DNA from: Hydrolagus colliei
Taxonomy: Eukaryota
Length of the DNA: 64,000 nucleotides
Direction: 5' to 3'
Assembly: GCA_035084275.1 (NCBI GenBank)
Contig: CM068742.1
Span: 53,878,001 to 53,942,000 of the forward strand
In this document: positions 36,521 through 48,665 of the stretch, one piece after another
How the letters are laid out: each line of letters begins with the position of its first letter
Numbering within the stretch: the first letter of the stretch is position 1
Translations under genes and position numbers: made by a program
The notes under the pieces: generated by a model
Database searches by the model: none
The model's input: the letters and a program-made list of their open reading frames with translations, nothing else
Told to the model about the DNA's origin: nothing

Positions 36521-37900
36521 GATAATAATAATAATAATCCTTGCATTTTATATGGCGCTTTTCACGTCTTCTAGACGTCTCAAAGCTCTTCACTAAATAT
36601 AAAAGAAGTCACTACACTTGATATTTAATTGACTGTAAAATCCAGTGAGAGGTTCCAATATGACAATTGACTTTGTTTCTTTGTTCTCTCCATGAAGTGA
36701 AGAAAACCAGCTCTGTGTAGCAACAGCGTTTGCATGAATATTTGCAAATCTTTTCAATGATGTCTGTCGTTTGAGACTTTAAATAATCTATTTGAGTGGC
36801 AAAATTATCAAATGGTATTGTGGAGTAAGCCATCACTAATTCCATCATTCTGTGCACAGAGCGATACAGCATTGGTATTGTGTGCCAATGGCTGCCAATT
36901 TCCACAGAGTTTAATCTTACATGTCATTTTTATATTATGTTGATTAAACACTTCTGAAGCTAGCAACGTGCAGAAGCTGCAGAGCGGAATTGGGGAATAT
37001 CAGGAATATGGAAAATGAAATCAGATTCAATAAGAACAAGGAGAGAGAAAAAAAAAGTGATGGAGGGAGAATAATGCTATTAAATTGAATGAAAGGGTAT
37101 GAGACAGAAGTGGAGACCGAGAGACAAAGGCACAACTGCAGAAAATGATAATGCAGAGGATCACTGTGATTGTCTGTCACTATTATTTAGAGGCTGAGTT
37201 CAAAAGTACATGTGCAAAATATAATTCCTGATAGTGTTGTGTTTGGTCTGTTACTCATCTCAGAAAAAAAGCTTGATAAATCCCACAATTTACTGGAAAG
37301 TAAAACAACAGCTACATAGAAGCATTTATTAGCTATCAAGATTGTGGTTCGGATATTAACTAGAAATCGCAGTTACTTACACTTTTTAGATCAATCCATG
37401 TCAAAGAAAAATGAAAGGAAAATGCAAGAGAAATATGTTTACAAATATAACAATATTCATTGCATTTGAAATATCACAGTTCATGTCAGTAGGACATCTG
37501 AAAGTGCTACACTCATTTATTTAGTGGTGTAGAAACTGTATATTAAATACGTAGGTAAATGTGGCAGCAAATAATATTTTTAACATTTATTAAGTGTTAT
37601 TAACATTTATTAATTAAATATAATTATGGTATTGATAAGTAGATGTAATGTTGATAATGTTTATTGCAAGAACAGTGCTGGCAATTAAAAAATGGTGTAA
37701 ATTGTACTACTACAGTTTTAAAATGTTTTAATCCAGCTGGTGATGCAAATAAAGCACACTTAGTTTTTTTTTGCAGGTTTGAGTACAAGATGTTACTGCA
37801 AATAAATAGTTTCTGAATTTGTTGGTTTTGTTCAAGTTTCAATAGGCCCTTGTACCTCCTGGAGAAATCATGTCGTAGAATGGTTGCCAGCATGCCAGCG

Positions 37901-38215
37901 TGGAGTCCTGTAGCTCAGTGGTTGGAGCACTCGCCTTACAAGCGAGAGACCTGGGTTCGATTCAAGGCAGGGCGAAACCTTGGGCAAGTTTCCTTACTCC
38001 ACAACTCTAATAATAATCCTTAAAACAAAACTATAATAAATTGGTCATTTCAATCCACGACTGTTTGTGGGACACTGCTGTGTGCAATTGGCTGCTTCGT
38101 TTGGCCACATAAACAATCAATTCACTTTACAGTATATTCTGCGAAACGCTTTGAGACATCTAGAAGAAGTGAAAAGCGCTATATCAAATGCAAGGCTTAT
38201 TATTATTATTGTTAT
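37901..38215 (+). mobile_element. Full-length young tRNA-derived SINE
   Basis: Intact A-box tagctcagtgg, B-box ggttcgattc, body and (att)n tail. Confidence 0.95.
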
Positions 38216-39039
38216 TAACATTTGCCTGAATAAGTCGACGTGACATTGGTTTAATGTCTCATCCAAAGCACTGCAGCTCTAACAATGTATTGCTCCCCCA
38301 ACCCACAACTGGTTTGTAAGCTTTGACTGTGAGTTCAATGTCCCAATTTTATACATCATTAACATTACATTAATAGCACTCAGTTGATATAACACTGGTA
38401 ACTGCAGGCTGATTCATACCATTACATGTGGAATTAAAAAAAGGTGGGAGTTTAAAGTGTAAAAGGTTGTAACTTAATCTTAAACACATTAGATTTAGGC
38501 CTAATATTTAATAGGTTTATAAGAAATTGATGAATATTTTCTATTTAGTATTTCAACACATCGTACAGCTAGATACATTTAAAGTAGCCATGGGAGCTAC
38601 GTTCAAATTTAACCGTGGATTTAATTATTTTAAATTGAGGATTTGTGAAGTCCTGGAGCCATTATAACCATAATAAGACAGGAGGAGGACAGATGGATGA
38701 TTATACCCTTGGGCCATAATGGAAGGCAAAGAAGCTGGTCAGCCGTCTGCTTCACTTGAATCATGTAATTACTCTGATATCTGGGCTAATAGGTTGTAGG
38801 CTCTGATGTCACACAATGATGCGGTTTTCAGTAAAACCACATTTGTTATTTACTTTTTCACGGCAGCACTTGAAAGTTAACAGTCCATAATCATTTGTGT
38901 CAACAACCCATAATCCTTGTTGACAACACTCACTTTGTCTGTAGCCACTCTCTTTCGGTAGGTAGCCCCTTTCAAAATCCAGCTGATGATCAGTCTTTTA
39001 TGGCAGTCCAATTTGTGGTATTGGCAAACTGGATTCATT

Positions 39040-39705
39040 GCGGCTCAGTTGGTAGCACTCTCAACTCTGAAGTCGAAAGTTATAATAATAATAATCCTTG
39101 CATTTAATTTAGTGTCTTCTAGACGTCTCAAAGCGCTTCACAGATTATACTGTAAAGTGAATTAACTGTATATTTGTGGGTGAAAAGTGGCAACCAATTG
39201 TACACAGCAGTGTCCCACAAACAGTCGTAGATTGAGTGACCAAATTATTATTGTTTTTCTTTGGAGGGATTATTATTAGGCGTGTAAGGAAGCTTGCCCA
39301 AGATTTTGCTCTGCCTGGAATCGAACCCACTCTCTCACTTGCAAGTGCTCTAACCACTGAGCAACAGGACTCCACGCAGAATTTGCAGAATTTTAACTTG
39401 CTGACACTCCAACACTGTGCTGAGAGTGCAATGCAATATGGATCCATCCACCTGTCGAGGTGAATGTTAAAGATCCCACCAATTCAAATAAAGAAGGGAG
39501 TTTCTCCTGGTGTCCAAATAAAATTGCACTTTCACTTTATGGCTGTTTGTGGGACATTGCTGTGCAAACTGGCGGCTTTGTTTGGACAGCAAATATTCAA
39601 GTCGCACACTTAACAGTAAAATCTTGTGAAGCCCTTTGAGATGTCTGAATGGTGTAGTACGGCACTCTATCAAATACAAAATCAAATACAAATATTATTA
39701 TTATT
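39040..39705 (+). mobile_element. Old DeuSINE split by a younger SINE
   Basis: Head ggctcagttggtagcactctcaactctga at 39042-39070; body resumes gctgacactcc at 39400. Confidence 0.8.
39082..39374 (-). mobile_element. Young tRNA-derived SINE nested in a DeuSINE
   Basis: Reverse head ggagtcctgttgctcagtggttagagcac and tail. Confidence 0.9.
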
Positions 39706-40277
39706 ATAAATCGCAGCATGTTCAGCAGATAAAACATTTGGCATCAGCGTTTTTGGTGATCTGATTTGATAGGCAGGTTTTATTTTACGGACACTTACAC
39801 ATGCCGGTTTACCTGTGCTGTGGTCAGAGGTCAGCTGTGATGCCCCCAGAGTGACACAGTCTGTCATTGACTACCAAGGTACATGTATGAAGAAGGGCTG
39901 CTTGGGTGAACTAAATGGATGGGTTCCTGCACCACTGGGACACCACTGTAAGAGTGACTGTTATCTTGAGAAAAAAGAGATTAAAGCTTCCTAGAGCTAA
40001 TATGAAGTTTGTCTTCATAAGCGAGAAATATAACCCGTCTGAAAATATATGATTAAAAGAAAAATCTATTTGTATCCATGAGTAATTGTTAGATTAAGAA
40101 TTAATGAAATATTGTACATCAGGGAAGCCGAGTAAGTACTCTGGCTTTCAATTATGATTGGAATAGCAATATAACATTGAACTGTAATCATTAAAGTGAA
40201 ATTGTAAAATTGAACTGTTGGTTAGAGCACTCGCCTCCTAAGTGAGTGGACCTGAGTTCAATTACCGGGCTTGAAGG

Positions 40278-40600
40278 GATAATAATAATAATCCATGCAT
40301 ATGATATAACACCTTATCACGTATTCAGGACATCTCAAAGCACTTCACAGAATATACTGTAAAGTGAATTGACTATATATTTTGTGGGGAAAAATGTGAC
40401 AGCCAATTGCACACAGCAGTGTCCCACAAACAGTCACAGATTGAGTGGAAAATTTATTTTTGAAGGAATTATTACCCCCTGTAAAGCGATCTGCCAATCG
40501 ACTAATAACAGAGTTCCTACTTATTGCTAGGTAAAGAGAGGCAAGCCCAGGTCTCCTGCTTGCAAGGCGAGCGCTCTAACCACTAAGTTACAGGACTCCA
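40278..40600 (-). mobile_element. tRNA-derived SINE, long variant
   Basis: Reverse head plus the extra segment ctgccaatcg...gttcctacttattgctaggtaaagagaggc. Confidence 0.9.
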
Positions 40601-40729
40601 CCATTAGACAAGATAGTGGAATTGAAGCAATAACCTTGCTCTATGGGCCCTGTAAGCTGGCGCAGGCTTGATGGGCTGTAAGGTCTCCTTGTGCACTGTA
40701 GATTTCTATGTTTCTATATGTGCTCTATC

Positions 40730-40833
40730 TCTGCAGAGAGGTTGTCCTCTAGAAAGAAGAATGATCAAACCAGCAGCCACACAGCTTTGAGACAAGCTCC
40801 TCATCAGTTTGATCAAATTGCTACAAGCCTTCA
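40730..40833. repeat. 104-bp duplicated segment, copy 2
   Basis: 96/104 identical to 33486-33589. Confidence 0.95.
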
Positions 40834-40879
40834 GAAGCAGAAAAATAAATTGAATATTATTTTTCACATTATTAGTGCT

Positions 40880-41183
40880 AGTCATTTCTCCCACAAAATA
40901 TACAGTCAATTAACTTTACAATTTATTCTGTGAAGAGCTTTGAAATATCTCAACAATGTGATAAGGCTCTATATCAAATGCAAGGATTATTATTAATATA
41001 AACCTAAATAATAAAATTGGTCATTTTAATCCACGACTGTTTGTGGGACACAGTTGTGCGCAATTGGCTACTGTGTTTCGTCCACAAATATACAGTCAAT
41101 TCATTTTACAGTATATTCTGTGAACCGCTTTGAGATGTCTAGAAGACGTGAAAAGAGCAATATCAAATGCAAGGATTATATAA
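40880..41183 (+). mobile_element. Two tandem 5'-truncated SINE 3' halves
   Basis: Two successive cacaaa(a)tatacagtcaatt...tcaaatgcaaggattat units. Confidence 0.85.
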
Positions 41184-43204
41184 TCATCTGAGCTAATAAT
41201 GGAAATTATATTTTACAAATATGCCTATTTGTTGGGTTCATCCATTCTTCCCTGTGTAAACTTATATTTCTGCAGCAAAAACAAGCAAATCTCTGGGAGG
41301 ACATAGGCTAAAGAGGCTTGTAGGCTTATAGCTTGTCTGTCTTCTTAATGTTGACTTGAGTGTGATCATTCTGGATAGCAACTAATTGTGAGCTGTGTTT
41401 TGCACCTTGTTTTCTCAATATCTGTCAGACATTTGCTAAACATTGCAAACACTCAGCAGATACTGAGAAGAAAAAAATAGAGAAGATGGTGCAACATCAG
41501 CCCGAAAACAGACCGTTCCCACGACAGTGATGATAAGAAGCAAGTGCACACCTTTCAAGTTAGGAGGATATCCTAAAACGTTTCACAGGATATATTGTGA
41601 AAGACTTCAGGTGAAGTGTCCCACAATAATGTGAATGACCAATTTTACTCAGGGGATTGTTGTCCAGGACACTTGGAAAGACTCCTTTCACTTGGAAAGT
41701 GTCATAGGATCTTATCGTCCACCTGAACAATTTAACTTTAACATCTGAAGGATGGCACCTCCAACACTTGGGAATGTCAGCCTAGACCATATGAGTTCAA
41801 ACAACAAAACAGCAACTTAATTTGGAGAGCGGTTGACAACTGTTGAAAAGTGGCTTCCAAATTAAGATTACATGTAACAATGTTTACCAAAATTTGGCAC
41901 CTTCTTGTATTTTAAGGTACTGGTCTTAACACTCAGACCGTGAAACCTTAAAACTTCAGACCAAAGATGTTTAGAGAAAATTAAATAATTATCTGGGACA
42001 TCAATCTTTCACATCCCTCTGATAAAAGATCTCTTCAACAATGTACAGTAAATTTAGATTCCTATCTTAAACACGTTCATCTTATGTTTACTTAAATCCC
42101 TTGAAATTGTCCAGATTCTATCCCTTCAAATAAAACACACACTGATCCTTTTCCCCTTCAATAAAAATAATTATTTTGAAGTGCTTGCTTCACAATTTAC
42201 TTTTCTATGTAAAATCAACCAATTCCATCTGACAGAATACTACAGTGCTTGCTGCTCAGATTCTATGCACAGTGTAAAGATATTAAAATCATTGCCATGT
42301 GCAAGAAACAACTCAGTATAGTGGCGACTGCTTTTATCACAATGCTCTGGACCAACATCTGTGTTTTATAATAAAATTAAAGGCTAACTACTTCCCATTG
42401 TTTTCCGTATTTCAACCTGTTCTTTCTCATAACTGAACTTGTTTATTGTCACTATCTTTTATTTAGTTATTGTGTTCTTTGGGCTGCCTAATCTATAGTC
42501 CAGTAACATTGGCTGTTGCCTGCACCCACAAAATACACAGTCATACCACTTTACAACAACAACTTGCACTTATATAGCTCCCTTTATTCCGGGCGGCATC
42601 TCGGAGCACTTGCCAGTTTATCCTGTGAAGCACATTTGAGATGTCTCAATAACATGGTAAGGGGTATTAAGTTTGTCATTCACTTCTTGGCTGTTTGTAG
42701 AACATTGATGTGTGCCAACTGGCTGCCATATTCACCCATAATTACACAATCTCCACAGTAAATCCTGTGAAGCACTTTGGTACGTCCACCTTATGTGAAT
42801 GGTGCTATACGAAATGCAAGGATTATTATGATTATGCTTTTGCCAGCGGTAGATGTATCTTGCTAAAAATGCCATTATCCTGATGCTTGCAGCTGTTCAG
42901 CTCTCAAAAGCTCCAAGTATTGCCTGCATAAATATAAGTTGCCCTGTTTACACCACATCAAGTAAATCCCATCAGTGTTGAATGTGTACATATGTGAATT
43001 CACTCAAATAATGGGAAATATATTTTTCCACTTCCAGATGTAATGCACAGTGGGGAGTTTATACCAAAGATAATTATTTAGTATTTTCATTGAGAAATGC
43101 TGCTGAGTTAGGGGAAGATTATGCCAAGTTTTGAGATGGTGTAAATTAGTTCCATTAAGGGCAGAGATTCTCTCTATTTGGTTCTTCTTCTGGGTCAGCC
43201 TCAC

Positions 43205-43505
43205 TCTTTTGTTAGTACTCTCACCTTGGAGTCTGAAGGCTCAAGTTCAACACCAGAACTTTGGATGTACAGTCTTGGCTGACATTCCAATGCGGTGTTG
43301 GGAGTGTGCTGTATTGCTGGAGATGCCATCCTTCAGAGGAGATTAAACCAAGGTCAGTCTAAAGATCCCATGGCATTACTCTAAAAGAGAAGTGAGTTTC
43401 TACAAGTGCCCTGGCCAAGAATATCCCACATTGCTGTATAAAAATTTGCCGCTGAATTCACCAACAGAATACACAGTGACTACACTTTACCGTGAAACAT
43501 ATGCA
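43205..43505 (+). mobile_element. Old DeuSINE
   Basis: ggctgacattccaatgcggtgttgggagtgtgctgtattgctggagatgcc...aagatcccatggca. Confidence 0.8.
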
Positions 43506-45150
43506 GCACAGTGTTCTTGTAAATCATAAGAGGTCTCACCTGTTGAATTATGCTGCATTTTTACCAAGCCTTGCCTCATTTGCATTTGATTTAAGTTCCA
43601 TGGCTTTTGATTTCAATTGGTGTTGTTGTCCAGGGGCTTTCATGGATTAGCCTAATGGCACCGTTTCCAAATCAGCAAGAATAATGGACTTCACTGGAGT
43701 GGAAATTTCATTGTCAGTGTGTAGACCTGGAGTCACTCCAGAAATACATTGGTGTTTCTGCTGAAAATATCATAGAGTGTGTCAGAGATCCAGTTATGTA
43801 ATGAGACGCATTATTCTTACCGTAAACTACTATCAACTACATTTTTAAAGATAAAATCTTATGGGCAGAAAATAGTCATTATTCTGATAGTCAGGATATG
43901 AAAGAGAGATGGAGAGAGAGAGATTTAGTTGAGTGGCCCTCCTGCTCAGAAGCACTTTTAAAAACAATTTCTGTCAATTTCCACCAAGACAAGTACATTC
44001 TTCCATTTGATGGATGAGTCATTCTTAATAATTCTTAATTTAAACATCATGGCATAGGTAAAATATGCATAAAAAAATAGTCCGGGGGTGATTTAGGGAA
44101 TGTGCATATGATCCAGATTTGACTTTGTGTCTGGATTTACATAAGCGATTTATACAAGCCTCCAGCCAACGTGGGATCCCCATTCCTATTATAAATCAAC
44201 CCCTTGACAATCCATTATTTTGTATGACAGATTCAATTTGGTTTTGCTTTGAGAAACGGCCAGCATCACATTGGGAAGCATTAGCTCCACAGGTGAGATA
44301 AACATAATGAAACATATCGTGCTCTGGCTACTCGAGGAGCAAAATTACTCCAATAAAATGTTGTAACATAGCTCTCAGAGATCAGAAAAGACAAGGATTT
44401 TTAGATATTATTAAGTTAGAATGATCAATCATTTTACAATTACTTTTAAAGATGTGGACTCATGAAATAGAGACCCAGCTGGAAAGGTAGGTAACTTGAG
44501 GTAATTATTACTCAGGCTGTATTTCTGGTTTTAATATATTGTTTCACCCACAAAAATATACAATCTATCCACATTATAATATATTCTGTAGAGCACTTTG
44601 AGATGTCCCAATGACATGATAAGGCGCTGTATCAAATGCAAGAATTAGTTTTTTCTTGCTCCCCCACCACTCCCCGCCCCCACCACCCCACTAAAATCAG
44701 CTTTGAAAGACAGCTCAATAGGTTCAGTTTTTTTAGATTCATGTAGTTATTCGCTATGGTATGTGAGAAGGAGAACGGACACACTCCAGCAACATTGGCC
44801 AAGGCATCCCCTTGGAGTGCATCTGTTTCCTCGAGTTAGTGTCAGTGTTCAGTCAGTTTGCAGACCAATTACAAGATGTCTTGTTTTTCATTCAGTCTCC
44901 GCTAAGATTCTGCTAGAATTCAGACAGGGGAAAAAACAAACCTTATGAGCTGATTAAAAACTGACACCAGTGCTGATAAGTGGATTTGCTCTGTGCAGTG
45001 TCTAATTGCTAGATCTTACTGGAGAACATCTGTTTTATTCTACCTATATATGCACCATGTAGAGTGGTAAGATCTAGCAAGGAAGATGCTATCCTTTTTA
45101 AAAATATTTTTCTGGATTGCAAAACTTAAGTATGAGCAGTCTGAGATTTG

Positions 45151-45290
45151 CAATTTCAACAACAACAACTTTGATTTATATAGCGCCCTCCACGCCGGAA
45201 GGCGTCTCAGAGCACTTTCAGCGCCTTGGGATGTCCTCCCGACTTGAAAGGCGCTTTATAGATGTAATTTTGTTATTGTTGTTGAAATTG
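45151..45290. mobile_element. Two different L2 3' tails joined back to back
   Basis: Minus tail 45157-45218 (family of 6344-6418) fused to plus tail 45219-45284 (family of 20448-20510). Confidence 0.85.
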
Positions 45291-46844
45291 TGAACTGTTT
45301 TAGCCTTAGGAACCTTTATCCTAAACATTATTATTCCTAAATGATCCCAGTTTCTTTAATTGGACTTTATTGGCTCTAATGGAAATATGACTGATGTCTG
45401 CTGATTATTCCAACTCCCTCTCATTACTGTTCAAACATCATTTGTTTCTTATCCCCAAGTCTCCATAACTACCATGCATCAAGCTAGTATCGTCCTTGGG
45501 GGGAGGTAACAGGATGGAGCTGAAATGACTCCAAGGTGACATGCTTGGCAATGGAATGATGAAATTTAGCCAACCCTCTGTGGCAGTCTCAGTAGTCCAG
45601 TTCCTGAGCCAGATGGGTTTGCAGTACTCCAGGGCACTGCTAATCACAGACCAGCCAATCTGGCTCATTAGTAGGACTTGAAGGGGCAAACTCGTCACTG
45701 GGTGTAGAAATTCTTCCTATTCAACTCCTATTAACCCTGAAAGCCCTAGTTGCGTGATCCAAGCTAGACAAGCAGCAGGAAGCTTGCCAGACTGCTTTCA
45801 ATGGTAAACTATACAGTTTTAGCTGGTTAAACTCCAACAGTACACCAATACACACTCTGGGATACCTAAGCCTTGGCTCTTGCCAACCTGCACTGAATAT
45901 TCTTGGGAATTAGGTAAACAGGATGCATCCCTCTGGGTAGAGAGTGTGGATTCCATTCCAGGTGGCAATGCATGGAACTCTTGGTCTATCTTTGATACTT
46001 TGAAGCTTTTAAGCATGGTGAATGGTCAGAGACCCGGATAACCCCCCAAAATGTGTCAATATGCTTCATGGAAATATTGGAGTGAAAATTATGGCAGGTG
46101 ATGTGCTGTCAGCGATGATAATTAACACATGAGACGTGGCAATTTTCACCCCAGTGCGAGGCCCATAATTCCGGATGGTGTCTATAGTACTGCAATCCAA
46201 GCATAACTAGCCATCTGCCATTCTCTACCTGACACGACATGAAAGCAGCAACCATTTGTGTCATTGTTAACAGCGCAACAAAGCAATTTCCGTAGAGGTT
46301 GATCACCCAAACAAATGTTTTGTGAATAAAATGATGTTGAGTGCCACTCTTCTCCAGTTAATGTACACAAAACAATGAAACGCAGAGGAAAAAAACACAC
46401 CATCGGACATGGCAGAGATCATACAATGACCATTAACACATCTTTCTTCAAAATAATCTACACAATACGAAATGATCAAATTTAGTAATTCACTCTGTAG
46501 TGGCTGTTGATAATTTCTCAATGGAGTGACGGGTTATTGTCTTTTGCAGACTGGACGAAGACTACATGTGAAGACAGAGGAATTACAAAGTCTCCCATCA
46601 AAGCAGTAAGGTAAAGTTTATGATGGACATTAAAGATGCCAAGGCTCCATTCATATAAAGAATGGAGATTCTTTGGATCTCCTCCATCCAGATCCTCCAG
46701 ATATAATCCTCCTGGTAAAATTGGTCATTCACTTGGTTGTTTGAGGAACATTGCTGGGCCACAAATTTGGTTTTCGCAAACTCTCAGTTGCTACACATTA
46801 TGGTAAATTCTGAATTTCAATGTCATTATTTAATGTCAAAAACA

Positions 46845-47020
46845 ATAATAAATTGGTCATTTTAGTACACGACTGTTTGTGGGATACTACTATGTGCAAT
46901 TGGCTGCTGAATTTCGCCCACAGTCTATTCACTTTACAATATATTCCATAAAGTGAATCAAAACATTTAGAAGACGTAAAAAGCGCTACATCAAATGCAA
47001 GATTATTATATATTATTATA
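46845..47020 (+). mobile_element. SINE 3' half
   Basis: aaattggtcatt...gactgtttgtggga...tcaaatgcaagattatt. Confidence 0.85.
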
Positions 47021-47877
47021 TTTTAAGACACTATATCATATACAAGGATTATTTCATGTTTCAAAAACTATTTTTTTGTTCCTTATCTGCCACAGGTATA
47101 TCTGAGAGGTCAGGGAAGAGGATAAGGACTACCTATCCTCCAATTATTTAATTGTATATTATGTGATATTTAACAGTTATTTTTATTGAGTTTAGCACAC
47201 ATAAAACAAACCCTACAGTATCCGATAATTACTTTTCATGAAGATTTTCTTTTAGATGTTTCCAGGTTTTAGCACACAAAAATTATCCACCAAAAGTTTG
47301 AATTACCGGTAAAGCAACTCAAAAGCATTATGAAATACAAGCCAGTGCAATCCAATTAAACTGAGTAGTAAAATTAGCAGCAATAAGGCAAACATATTAC
47401 AAATTTGCTGAGGCTGGTGTGTGAGAGTTTCAAGGGCAACAAACGTTTTATGAACAGACTCTGAAGTGGTAGACATATACAGTACTACCACCAGTACTCG
47501 TCCGGTAAAAATGAGTTCAGATTATTACAATAAAACATAATTTAATTTGATTCATTTTAAAATAAATATTAATAGCTCCATCTCAATACTCCCTTCTCCA
47601 CCCACTCCAAACATGCTGAGTATTATGGTTGAACATTCAAACTCAAATCATTTCAGGTCTCAGCTCCTGATCAGAGATGGATCACAGGGTGCTTTCGGTT
47701 AGTTTGTATAATTTTAATGTCCCAAATTTGGAATAACAGGACTACAAATTTAAGGCCCTTTTGGAGTACTAAAGAAGGCATTGTCTCATATGGTCATAAC
47801 TGTACATGGATTAGACCCTGAGAAATAATCGTCATACCCTGTGTTCTTATCTTAAGCATATACCTTTGACAGAAAAT

Positions 47878-48170
47878 ATATAATAATAATCTTGCATTTG
47901 ATATAGCACTTTTCATGTCTTCTAGACGTCTCAAAGTGATTCACAAAATATACTGTTAAGTGAATTGACTGTATATTTGTGGGTGAAACGCAGCAGCCAA
48001 TTGTAATAGCGGTGTCCCACAAACAATCGTGGATTTAAGTGATTTATTTCTTGAGGGATTATTATCAGGTGTGTGGAGTAAGGAAACTTGCCCAAGGTTT
48101 TGCCCAGCCAGGAATCAAACCCAGGTTTCTCGCTTGTGAGGCCTCTATCCACTGAGCTACAGGACTTCAC
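47878..48170 (-). mobile_element. Full-length tRNA-derived SINE
   Basis: Reverse head gaagtcctgtagctcagtgg, body and tail. Confidence 0.92.
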
Positions 48171-48489
48171 AAAAGCATAAGAGAAATATATTTGTTTTGA
48201 TTTTTCTGCTTAGAGTTTTGCCTTCATCTTAAAACAATTAAAAGGTGTTCTACTAAATGCTAAAATGACTCCTTAAGCCACATGCAGATGTAAATGTAAA
48301 ACATATTAACCTATTTTTTTGAGAATTCTAAGCATCCAAACTACTCCATATGCTCTGTAGATGTTTACATTAATTCTTCAATTTCCTTCTAACCTATCTA
48401 TTGTTTGACTGTATGATTGGTATAACCTTCCTAAGCTTTATTTAGATTGAGAACTAGTTCTTTTCATTTGTATAAGTTGCTTTAAAAAA

Positions 48490-48665
48490 ATAATTAATTG
48501 GTCATTTCAATCCATGACTGTTTGTGCACCACTACTGTGTGCAATTGGCTGCTGTGTTTCGCCCTCAAATATAGTCAACTCACATTACAGTATATTCTGT
48601 GAAGCACTTTGAGACGTCTAGAAGATGTGAAAAGTGCTATATCAAATCAAAGGATTATTATTATT
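48490..48665 (+). mobile_element. SINE 3' half
   Basis: attggtcatttcaatccatgactgtttgt...gagacgtctagaagatgtgaaaagtgc. Confidence 0.88.

Noticed and set aside
37902-37975. tRNA gene (TAC/TGC anticodon-like arm)
   Set aside because: It is the SINE head: it runs into the SINE body, has no oligo-T terminator, and the anticodon varies among copies
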